Below, piece after piece: positions 1 through 9,500 of a stretch of DNA of 64,000 bases; position 1 is the stretch's first letter, and each line of letters opens with the position of its first letter. The notes below the pieces were generated by a model. It was not told where the DNA came from. It searched no databases and worked only from the letters and a program-made list of their open reading frames with translations. The DNA is from Sedimentisphaerales bacterium (GTDB lineage: Bacteria; Planctomycetota; Phycisphaerae; Sedimentisphaerales; SM23-30), in the NCBI GenBank assembly GCA_963666285.1, contig OY762711.1. The stretch is one strand, 5' to 3'. A program made the translations under genes and the position numbers.

Positions 1-3000
1 TTTGACAGTGGCATAACTAATGTTGCCGGCTTGTTTTTGACAGCGACGACGGGCGATATGGAGATAATAGGAGATATAAGCTTCAATAATACCGGAGATC
101 TTGGACTTGCAGTAACAAATGGAACATGTTTGATAGATAAAGTATTGTCTACGCAGGGTTCGGTGACAATATCTGCAAGCGACGGTGTAGACATTAGACA
201 GAATATTACCAGCCAGGGTAATATAGTTATTAATTCTGATAATGATGCTAATCAGACAGGTAATCTTTCTATAGCAAGTGGAGTTCAGATATACAGTAAC
301 GGCGGAACAATTGAAATTACAGCAAACGATGTTGATCAATTGAGCGGAACGTTGAACAGTGGGATATATGTAACGAAGATAGATTCTACTAGTGTTGGTA
401 TCAATATAGGTTCTGGTTCAGGTTCCGGAATGAATATTTCAAACCTGGAACTGGCAAATATCAGAGCAAACACACTTGAGTTTGTTACTTCTGGTGATAT
501 AGTCGTAGCGGGTGTTGAAGAAAGTTCTAATGCCAGTATTGCGACTGTCGTTCTTGATGCAGAAGGCAGTATAACTTTCCAGAGTTCTGAGTCGGTATTT
601 AATATACTTGATATCCAGGCAGAAGGTGGCATAGTAGTAAATGCTGATGTAGCAACAGATACCGGTGAGCTGTTATTTAATAATGACAGCAGTTATTTGT
701 CTGGTGGAAATAGCGGTATAATATTTGGTGATGGAGTGACCTTGACTTCAGCACTTGGACTGACTATAGGCGGAGGTGGGGATCTTACAGCTAATGGCGA
801 TGTAACTCTTGTCGCTAGCGGGGATATAACTATCCTTAGTGATTTTAATATTGCTTCAGGTTTAAATGTTAATACAAACAATAATATTTTTGATATAAGC
901 GGTGTTGATGTTGTTGTTTCTGCTGATGGACCTGTAAATATTGTATCTGGTGATATAGATTTGACAGGAACATTAAGCAGCTTATTAGGGGTGATAACAA
1001 TAACACCTGAAGGTGGAACTGTAGGTTTGGGAGATGCAACTGGCACATTGTCGCTAAGCAATAATGAACTGGCAGTAATTACTTCCGATAAACTAATAAT
1101 TGATGCTGCTGGTGGAATAACAGCAGCTAATATTGTCAGTGGTACAACAACTAATATTGGAACTCTTGAGTTGGATAGTGAAGATGTTATAGTTTTCAAC
1201 GGAGTTGTAATTAATTCAAATCTGAATGCTTTGTCCAGTGAAGGGATATCACAGACAGGGAGTCTGGCTGTAACAGGTGGTACTCAATTAGTGACAAATG
1301 CTGATGATAAGACAATCATATTAGATAATGCAGGGAATGCCCTGGTTGGATCAGTGACAATTCAGACACAAAGTGATATGTCTAATGAAGCTAATGTAAT
1401 TCTAAATAATGGTAGTACGGCTTTGGTGTTGGCAGATTCAATAATATCTGGAGATTTGACATTAGAAACAAATAGTACAATTTCATTAGCTGAGCTGGCT
1501 GTAAATGAGAATTTAGAGATTGATGCCGATGGCACGGTGTCTCAAACTGCTAAAATGACGGTAGGGGGAAATTTAACTGGTATGGTGAATCTGTCTGGCA
1601 GTAACCTGACATTAGATAATACAGAAAATATTGTTTCCGGAAATGTGGCGTTTTATACTGTTTCTGATGGTGACGTGACATTTAATAATAGCAGTAGTGA
1701 TATTTCTATATTAGAAGCGGTTGTTGGTGGAGATCTTAACCTAGAGACAACTGACATAATTACTTGTTTGGGGGCTGTTACTGTAACAGGCGATGCTGAT
1801 ATTGACGCCGGTTCAAGTTTTGCCAGTGGAGATGATTTTGTTGTTTCCGGTAATATGACAGCTGATATTGACGGTACATTTACATCAAATGGATATATGG
1901 AAGTTGGGAAAGACCTGATTTTAACTGCTGATGGTACGGTCAGTAATATTGGAGACATTTTAATAACAGGTGATGCAGAGATTGATACAGGTGGGGCATA
2001 TACAGCTGTTGGTTCGGTTACAATAGGCGGCAGCCTGACTCTTGTTGCGGCAGATAATGTAACTGATAATGAGCCTATTGTAGTTGCCGGAAATACTGAT
2101 ATAAAGACGCTTGATAATACTGGTGCTGACATAATACTGGATAATACAGGAAACTCTTTTGGTTTATTAAATCTGTATTGTCGAAATGAGTCAGATACTG
2201 CATATACGGGCGGAGATATTGTATTATATGAAAATGAAGATATTGAAATTGATAATATTGCTACCCGTGGTACTTTGCAGCTGACAGCTGAGGGTAATAT
2301 AACAGAGAGTACCTCGATGAGTGTTAATGGTGCAATTGTACTTAAGACACTAAATGATGTCGGAGGCGATATAACGCTTGCCGGAGATAACTATTTTGGG
2401 CAGTTAGACATAGATGTGCGAGATTTATCAGATAGTAATGTGTCTGATGGGAATGTTCAGGTAATAGAAAACGGTTCGCTTGAGATTGCATCAATTGAAA
2501 CGGCAGGTGGTATCCATTTAACCTGTGATGATATTGAGCTTGCAGGTGTACTTGCCGGTAGTAACTTAACAATTTTACCGATGTCAGATGGTACATCGAT
2601 AGGGATAGGTGACGGTTCTAATGGAGATATGAAGCTAAGTTCTGCAGAAATAGCTGGACTGGCAGATGGTTTCAGTCAAATTTCAATTGGCAGATCTGAC
2701 GCTACAGGAAAAGTTGTTATAGAAGATATAACTTTTACAGATCCTTTTGCTATCTATACAGCCGGGAACGCTAGCCTTGATGGAACAATTACTGGTTTAG
2801 ATAACAGTTCCATTCTTGTTGCTGCTGCAAATGGTATGACGATTAACGAAGATATAATTACCCAAGGAAATGATATCAGTTTAGCTGGTGGTTTTATTTT
2901 TTCCGATGCTAATGTAATCAGTACTGGAAATATTAGCGGGGCGTTATTGCTGGATGGCAATGCTCAGACAAATAATGGTGTATCGTTTATTGCTCCTGAT

Positions 3001-4002
3001 GGGATTTCTTTGAACGGTATTTATGATAATACCGGCGGTGGTGCAATGCTGTATGACGGTTCTTTGAATTTAGCAGATAATGTTACAATCAATTCAGATA
3101 CTGCCGAAGTAAAGATAACTGGTTTGATTGATGGCTCTTATGATTTGGAAGTAAATAGTAATGGGGGGAACATCTATTTTGGTGGTGATATGGGAACAAG
3201 TCAGGATTTAGCAAACCTGACAGTGATAACAAATGAGACCGGTTCTATTGAATTTAATTCAGAAATTAATGTTTTAGGTGATATTTATATAAGTTCGAAT
3301 CAGTCACTTGGAATAATTCCAGCAGAAGCTACGATTTTCAAGAAAAATGAAGGAGATCTTGTATTTAATGCCGGTGGTAAGTTTGAAGTCGGGCTGAATA
3401 ATCGCATAACTGTATCAAATGGTTCGTTAATGATAACAACCAGTTCAGATGTTGTATCAATAGGCGATGCGACGGTAAAAGGCAATATAATAGTTAATTC
3501 AATGGATGCTGCAGGTGATATTATTCTTCTTTTACGTGACAAGACAGAGTCTTATGTGATGAATAAAAACGGGACAATAAAATTGTTAAACGACAAGGGG
3601 ATGGCTATAGCAGCAGAAGGGTATATACAGTTTAATGGTCAAATAGTTTCGCAGGGGGAAGGTTCAAAGCCGTATTTTGTTTCTGGTAACAAGAAAGAAT
3701 CAGATGGTTTGACTGGATACAAGGTTTATACAATTAAAGAGATTGAAGAGCTTATAGGAGAAGATGAAAATGGCAATGAGATTATTATTGTATATATACC
3801 GGTGTCTGAAAATAAACAGATTAATGTAGATCCTATATGTGCAGGCGTTATACGTAAAAGGGATGATATATATTATGATCAGCAGATAGGTGACAATATA
3901 TATTATGCAAGTAACAACTGGGTTGCAGTTGAGCCAGAAAGAGTAATAGAAAATCTGGCTGAAGCATGGTTTGGTGATAATAAAATTAAGTCATGGGATT
4001 AG
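1..4002 (+). CDS. Large secreted filamentous-haemagglutinin-like (beta-helix) exoprotein, 5'-truncated by the window edge
   Basis: Frame is open from base 1. G/T/S/N/D/I-rich beta-strand repeats, including a ~20-aa periodic block near 1770-2100 and recurring 'xIGxGxxxGxxxLSxxELA' motifs. Stop at 4000-4002. Confidence 0.7.
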   Translation, partial: FDSGITNVAGLFLTATTGDMEIIGDISFNNTGDLGLAVTNGTCLIDKVLSTQGSVTISASDGVDIRQNITSQGNIVINSDNDANQTGNLSIASGVQIYSNGGTIEITANDVDQLSGTLNSGIYVTKIDSTSVGINIGSGSGSGMNISNLELANIRANTLEFVTSGDIVVAGVEESSNASIATVVLDAEGSITFQSSESVFNILDIQAEGGIVVNADVATDTGELLFNNDSSYLSGGNSGIIFGDGVTLTSALGLTIGGGGDLTANGDVTLVASGDITILSDFNIASGLNVNTNNNIFDISGVDVVVSADGPVNIVSGDIDLTGTLSSLLGVITITPEGGTVGLGDATGTLSLSNNELAVITSDKLIIDAAGGITAANIVSGTTTNIGTLELDSEDVIVFNGVVINSNLNALSSEGISQTGSLAVTGGTQLVTNADDKTIILDNAGNALVGSVTIQTQSDMSNEANVILNNGSTALVLADSIISGDLTLETNSTISLAELAVNENLEIDADGTVSQTAKMTVGGNLTGMVNLSGSNLTLDNTENIVSGNVAFYTVSDGDVTFNNSSSDISILEAVVGGDLNLETTDIITCLGAVTVTGDADIDAGSSFASGDDFVVSGNMTADIDGTFTSNGYMEVGKDLILTADGTVSNIGDILITGDAEIDTGGAYTAVGSVTIGGSLTLVAADNVTDNEPIVVAGNTDIKTLDNTGADIILDNTGNSFGLLNLYCRNESDTAYTGGDIVLYENEDIEIDNIATRGTLQLTAEGNITESTSMSVNGAIVLKTLNDVGGDITLAGDNYFGQLDIDVRDLSDSNVSDGNVQVIENGSLEIASIETAGGIHLTCDDIELAGVLAGSNLTILPMSDGTSIGIGDGSNGDMKLSSAEIAGLADGFSQISIGRSDATGKVVIEDITFTDPFAIYTAGNASLDGTITGLDNSSILVAAANGMTINEDIITQGNDISLAGGFIFSDANVISTGNISGALLLDGNAQTNNGVSFIAPDGISLNGIYDNTGGGAMLYDGSLNLADNVTINSDTAEVKITGLIDGSYDLEVNSNGGNIYFGGDMGTSQDLANLTVITNETGSIEFNSEINVLGDIYISSNQSLGIIPAEATIFKKNEGDLVFNAGGKFEVGLNNRITVSNGSLMITTSSDVVSIGDATVKGNIIVNSMDAAGDIILLLRDKTESYVMNKNGTIKLLNDKGMAIAAEGYIQFNGQIVSQGEGSKPYFVSGNKKESDGLTGYKVYTIKEIEELIGEDENGNEIIIVYIPVSENKQINVDPICAGVIRKRDDIYYDQQIGDNIYYASNNWVAVEPERVIENLAEAWFGDNKIKSWD

Positions 4003-4018
4003 GAGAAGCAATTTAATT

Positions 4019-4744
4019 TTAGCGTTGTTTTCTGGAAGGTAGTCTTTTTGCGAGAGCAGCTTTTTGTTCAGAGATTATTGCTTTAATACCTTTTGCGCCA
4101 AGGTTAAGCATTTTATCAAGCTGGTCTCGTGAAAAAGTAATCTGTTCACCTGTTCCTTGTATCTCAATGAATTCTCCTTTATCGTTCATGGCGATGTTAA
4201 GGTCAACATCTGCACTGCTGTCATGCAGGTAATCAAGGTCAAGGGTAGGTTTGCCTGAGCATATGCCGACACTAACGGCAGCAACAGCATTAACGATAGG
4301 GTTTTCTATTATAAGTTTGTGTTTGATTCCATATTTGACAGCGTCAACTAAGGCGACGTAACCGCCGTTAATAGCAGCAGTTCTGGTTCCACCGTCAGCC
4401 TGCAGAACATCGCAGTCGATTGTAATTGTATTTTCACCCAATTTCTGATAGTCAACTGCACTGCGAAGTACTCTTCCGATTAGACGTTGAATTTCAGTTC
4501 CCCGGCTGTCGGTATGACCATTTCTAGGACGTTGTTTTCTTTGTAAGGTTGAGCCGGGCAGCATTGAATATTCTGCTGTAAGCCAGCCAATCCCTGAACC
4601 TTCTCGCCACTTAGGTACAGAGTTTTCCAGACTTGCAGTACACAATACTCTGGTATTGCCCATTTCAACGAGTACGGAACCGGCAGAGTATTCAGTAAAT
4701 CCGCGTGTAAATTTAATATTTCTAATTTCGTTTGTTTTTTTCAT
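4019..4744 (-). CDS. rph: Ribonuclease PH
   Basis: GSVLVEMGNTRVLC, GWLTAEYSMLP, EIQRLIGR, DCDVLQADGGTRTA, IEIQGTGE motifs. ATG at 4744 preferred over TTG at 4765. Confidence 0.96.
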   Translation of the reverse strand: MKKTNEIRNIKFTRGFTEYSAGSVLVEMGNTRVLCTASLENSVPKWREGSGIGWLTAEYSMLPGSTLQRKQRPRNGHTDSRGTEIQRLIGRVLRSAVDYQKLGENTITIDCDVLQADGGTRTAAINGGYVALVDAVKYGIKHKLIIENPIVNAVAAVSVGICSGKPTLDLDYLHDSSADVDLNIAMNDKGEFIEIQGTGEQITFSRDQLDKMLNLGAKGIKAIISEQKAALAKRLPSRKQR

Positions 4745-4789
4745 ATGCGTTATATTTTGGGTCAAGGTTTGTTATTATGTAGATTAAGA

Positions 4790-5284
4790 TCAACCAATTC
4801 TGGTCAGGCTAACAATTGAGAGGCAGGAAATAGCTTTACATTCTCCTTCCGGTCCAACTTTTTCATTGGTTTTGGCTTTAATACAAACTGAATCGATATC
4901 AAGTTTGAGTAAGCCTGCCAGATTTTTTCTCATGAGCGGTTTAAAGTCTTTTAACTTAGGTTGCTCAGCTATTATTGTAACGTCAAGGTTAACAGGGCGA
5001 AAGCCTTTTTCTGAAACTTTTTGCATAACTTCCTGCAATAGTAATCTACTGTCAGCGTTTTTATATTTTGGGTCATTATCAGGGAATAATTCTCCTATGT
5101 CGTCTAATCCGGCAGCACCAAGCAGGGCGTCAATTACTGCATGGATTACAACATCCGCATCGCTATGGCCGAATAAGCCAAGTTCATATGGTACTTCGAC
5201 ACCAGCCAGAATTAGTTTTCGATCAGGCTCCAGACGGTGCAGATCATACCCTTGTCCAATTCTATGTATTACAGGCAAGCTCAT
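4790..5284 (-). CDS. ispF: 2-C-methyl-D-erythritol 2,4-cyclodiphosphate synthase
   Basis: RIGQGYDLH, GHSDADV, DIGELFPD, KAKTNE motifs. Start overlaps the lexA stop (ATGA). Confidence 0.96.
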   Translation of the reverse strand: MSLPVIHRIGQGYDLHRLEPDRKLILAGVEVPYELGLFGHSDADVVIHAVIDALLGAAGLDDIGELFPDNDPKYKNADSRLLLQEVMQKVSEKGFRPVNLDVTIIAEQPKLKDFKPLMRKNLAGLLKLDIDSVCIKAKTNEKVGPEGECKAISCLSIVSLTRIG

Positions 5285-6042
5285 TGAACACTCCTGACTA
5301 CCCCAACTACTATTCCCTGTACCTGGACTTCTTTGACATGCAGAGGTTTGAATTCCGGGTTAGCACCTTCAAGCATAAAACCTCCACCTTTTTGTTTGTA
5401 AAGTCGTTTTAATGTGGCATGCCCATCTTCCAGCAAAGCAACAACGATTTGGCCGTCACGGAATTGGTTAGTTTTTTCTATCAAAACGTAATCACCATCG
5501 CAGATATGTGCTTCAATCATGCTTTCTCCCTGAACTTTTAGCGCATATGTTCCTTTTCGAGTCTCAAACATGGTGGAAAGGTCTAAGGTTTCTGGCATTT
5601 CGAGAGCTTCAAGCGGCCTGCCTGCGGCGATATAGCCTGCCATAGGGTATTGACCAGCAAGAATTTCAGGTTCAAAATTATCATTATCCTGTGAATCAAA
5701 CTCTGATTCAAAATCATCTTCGGTTGAACGGCATTCTTCAAGCTGCTGACAATACTCATCAGCATCAGAACTGAGAATCAAAGAGCGTACCTTGTTGGGG
5801 TCTCTTAAAAGCATTCCTTTTTCTATTAATGCTTCTATATGGCCGAAGACTGTAACTCTGCTTACGCCTGCTTCTGCTGCAATCTCTCTCAATGTCGGGG
5901 AACAACCATTGTTGATGCGATAGTTTCTTATGAACAGCATAATTTCTATCTGTCGCGGGGTCAGGATTATTTCTCCATGTTCTTGTATTGTAGAAGCAGT
6001 TGCTAACTTCAGCTGGTTTGTTTTTCTTGTTATCTTGTTCAT
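5281..6042 (-). CDS. lexA: SOS repressor LexA
   Basis: N-terminal wHTH (LTPRQ...PTLREIA), Ala-Gly cleavage site (IAAGRP), catalytic Ser (GESM) and Lys (TLKR). AAGGA SD upstream. Acidic linker insert. Confidence 0.93.
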   Translation of the reverse strand: MNKITRKTNQLKLATASTIQEHGEIILTPRQIEIMLFIRNYRINNGCSPTLREIAAEAGVSRVTVFGHIEALIEKGMLLRDPNKVRSLILSSDADEYCQQLEECRSTEDDFESEFDSQDNDNFEPEILAGQYPMAGYIAAGRPLEALEMPETLDLSTMFETRKGTYALKVQGESMIEAHICDGDYVLIEKTNQFRDGQIVVALLEDGHATLKRLYKQKGGGFMLEGANPEFKPLHVKEVQVQGIVVGVVRSVQ

Positions 6043-6367
6043 TGCCGGTCCTTGTTTCTGCTTGTATATTTACATTATTAACATCAGTCAGTTTATGACT
6101 ATTCTGAATCCTAATCCCTAAGATTTCGAGGTAATTGACAGCAATATGTTTAATCATGCCGGACAAGTAGCATATTGCTTCTGTAACAGCTTCTGTAATA
6201 TAAGCTGTAAGTTGTGAATTATGTCCAAAGCATTTCATTGTTTTTTCTTGTTTCGAGTCATCTAAATCGTATAAAGGTGGCCACGAATAGCGATAGTCAC
6301 CACCGGGACCAAAAACGCATGCCGGAATGGTAGAACCATCGTTTGCACTATAATCAATTCTTTTCAT
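5765..6367 (-). CDS. Hypothetical protein; its 3' part overlaps lexA in another frame
   Basis: GGAAGG SD before ATG 6367. No recognisable domain. The 278-bp overlap with lexA is suspicious. Confidence 0.3.
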   Translation of the reverse strand: MKRIDYSANDGSTIPACVFGPGGDYRYSWPPLYDLDDSKQEKTMKCFGHNSQLTAYITEAVTEAICYLSGMIKHIAVNYLEILGIRIQNSHKLTDVNNVNIQAETRTGNEQDNKKNKPAEVSNCFYNTRTWRNNPDPATDRNYAVHKKLSHQQWLFPDIERDCSRSRRKQSYSLRPYRSINRKRNAFKRPQQGTLFDSQF

Positions 6368-6387
6368 ATTTAGCGCCTTCCAGTTGC

Positions 6388-6408
6388 TGTTAGGTTAATG
6401 TTAGGTTA
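6388..6408. promoter_or_regulatory. Candidate operator: TGTTAGGTTA direct repeat, 11-bp period
   Basis: Perfect 10-bp copies at 6388-6397 and 6399-6408, upstream of the ORF-lexA-ispF-rph unit. Confidence 0.4.
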
Positions 6409-6591
6409 TTCGATTTATCGTCCGGTTGCAAGAAAAACTGAAAAAATATATTTATTTCAGCTTATATGGACCATGAATGGATAAAAGTACAGATGGGTTC
6501 TAGACGTAACTCTCGTGTTACCAGTACAATATGGCTTTAATGACTATTGTGGTAATCTAAGTTGCTACTGAACACTAAAAGAAAGAATAAG

Positions 6592-9500
6592 TCACTTTTC
6601 CGTTTTTATATCATTTTTAGTGTTATCTATCGAGTTTACATCAATATTTTTATTCTCAAACGCTGCGTGAATTTCCTCAATTAGAGTGTTGACTTCGTTT
6701 GTCACTTTTTTGCAAACCTGTTCGATATCTTCAGATGAGTTTTCCAGTGATATTTCCAGTTCAGCGGCAAGGTTCATCAGGTCTCTTGCTCCAATGCTTC
6801 CTGCTATACCTTTAATAATATGTGCAACTTCAGATGCTTGCTGGTGTTTTCCTTCGTGAACAGCTGAATTTAATTCTTTTGCCTGTTTGGGACAATGCCA
6901 GGTAAAGTCCTTAAGCATTTTTAGGTATAGTTGCGTATTGCCATCAATTAGAGATATGCCGGCCTGGGCATCAATATGAATAAGACTAGCGAGTTCAGCG
7001 GTGTCGGATGTCATACAGATATTATCTGAAATTTTCTTATACAGGATGTCCGGGATGATAGGCTTGGTTATATAGTCATTCATGCCGGCGTTCAGGCTTT
7101 CTTCAATATCTTCACTCATAGCATTTGCACTCATTGCTACAATAGGAAGATGGTTCATTTGCCTGTTTTCATTTTTCCTAATTTCTTTGGTAGCACATAT
7201 TCCGTCCATAACAGGCATTTGTATATCCATAAGGACTAAATGATAATCTTCAGCATTTACTTTTATTGTTGCTTCTTCACCATTATTTGCGATATCGATT
7301 TCAGCATTTGTCTTGTTAAGTATATTTATAATAATTTCCTGGTTAATTTCCTGATCTTCGACTATAAGGATTTTCTTTCCGACGAGGTTTGGGATAGTCT
7401 TTTCCTCTTCACTAACGCACATTACCAGAGCTGACAGGTTAAAGGCTTTGCGGATGGCATTGATCATTTCTCCAGGAACAATAGGTTTGATAATGAAGCC
7501 CGCGTAGCCAGCATTGAGGCATTGATGCATAACACTTTCATGATTATGTGCAGTAACAGCAATTAATTTTGGGCAACTATCCTGAAATCTTTGTTTTATT
7601 TCTCTTACGGTTTGAATACCATTCATTTCAGGCATAGCCCAGTCTATTATAGCCAGATCATATTTGGAGTCGGCCTGCTCTAAGACTTCTATACCTTCTT
7701 TACCGCTGGAAACGGCAGTAACATCAAATCCTGCGGTTGAAACCAATTCTTTTAATATTTCGATTGAAGTATGGTTATCATCAATTATAAGAGCTTTTTT
7801 ACCTTTAAGTTCGGGAATTTTGTATGAAGCCTGTTCACCGGCATCTTCAGGTATATCGAAAGGAAGGGTAACGCAGAATGTACTACCTTCACCTAGTTCA
7901 CTATTTACCTTGACTGAACCTTCCATCAGTTCAGCCAATTGTTTACAGATTGCAAGTCCGAGACCTGTTCCGCCAAATATTCTGGCAGTAGATTTTTCAG
8001 CCTGGGTATAAGCATCGAATAATTTGTCCAGATTTTCTTTTATAATACCGATACCTGAGTCTTTTACGGCAAATTCTACTAGTATACTATCATCTGATCT
8101 ATCTACCTGTTTGATGGAAAGAGTAATATCACCTTTGTCAGTGAATTTAATTGCGTTACTCATATAATTTGTGAGTATTTGTGATAATCGAAGTGGGTCA
8201 CCAAACAGTCTTGCAGGCAGATTTTTATCTATGGTCACATGAATTTCAACATCTTTTTTCTCTGCACCGACAGCCATTACTGAAGCGGTATTAAAAGCAA
8301 TTTCACTAAGTGAAAAATCTATCTTTTCGATTGCGAGTTTGTTTTCTTCGATTTTGCTGATGTCTAATACATCATTAACTATTGCCAGAAGAGAGTTGGC
8401 AGCGTGTTCAATCTTTTTGATAAAGTTAATTTGAATCTCGTTTAATTGTGTTTCTTTAAGCAAATGGTTCATGCCGATAACCACGTTAATAGGGGTTCTG
8501 ATTTCATGGCTCATAGTAGCAAGGAATCTGCTTTTGGTTTTAGCCATGGCTTCAGCTTCCATTTTGCTTATTTCCAGTTTTTCACGTTCCTTGGCTTCAG
8601 TAACATCCATAGAGATGCCTATCATGCCTTCAAGTGTGCCATCACTTTCAAAATATGCTTCCCACATCGTTGTAATATATTTTATAACGCCGTTGTTGAT
8701 GCTTCTGTAGGTTAATGAACCTTTGGGCATTTCTCCGGAAATAGCTTTTTGTAATTGTTTAGTGCATTCTTTGCGGTCTTCCGGGTGTATTCTTTCTGTG
8801 ATGGAGTATACTGTTTGTATACCGTCAATGTTATTTTCTCCCCATACAGCACTTGAATTAGTAAAAATAAAGTTATTTTGATTAACATTATAGTGCCAGT
8901 AAAACATTTTTGCAAGAGTAGCAGCCTGTAGGAGGTATTTCTCTCGATTTTTGAGTTCATTCTGCATCTTAACGTGTTCAGTGATATCCTGGGAGACACC
9001 AACGTAAACAGGCTTCTGATTGCTGTCAATTTTAAGGCTGACTTTAGACCATATTGTTTTATAATCAGAATCTTCGTTTTTACTAACATCTAAGCAAAAT
9101 GTAGTTTCAAATGAATCTCCAGGTTGATGAAGGTTATTTAGAAGTCTATCCCATTTTTTGATATCCGTAATTTTATTTCTAAATAATTCTCTGTTGCATT
9201 TACCTTCAGCCGTATATGGTATGTCCCATATTTTATATGATTCAGGAGAGCCAATTAATATACCGGATGTTGGATTAGATATCCAGTAACCGACCTTAGC
9301 CATTTCCTGTGAAATAGAAAGGAGCTTTTCCTTTTCTTTGAGTTCTAATTCAGTTCTTTTATTACTGTCAATTTTGGTCATGAAAACACTGATTTGTTCA
9401 GGTTTACCATTTTGATTTCTGTTCAATACATTTGCTCTAATAAGGAACCAGATATCTTCTCCTGAGTGGCTGAGTCTACATTCATATTTGCATGATGAAA

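Noticed and set aside
336..3542. Antisense ORFs within the large exoprotein, and similar shadow ORFs elsewhere (e.g. 38088..38720, 39318..39743, 63040..63510)
   Set aside because: They mirror well-supported genes on the opposite strand and have no motifs or SD sites.
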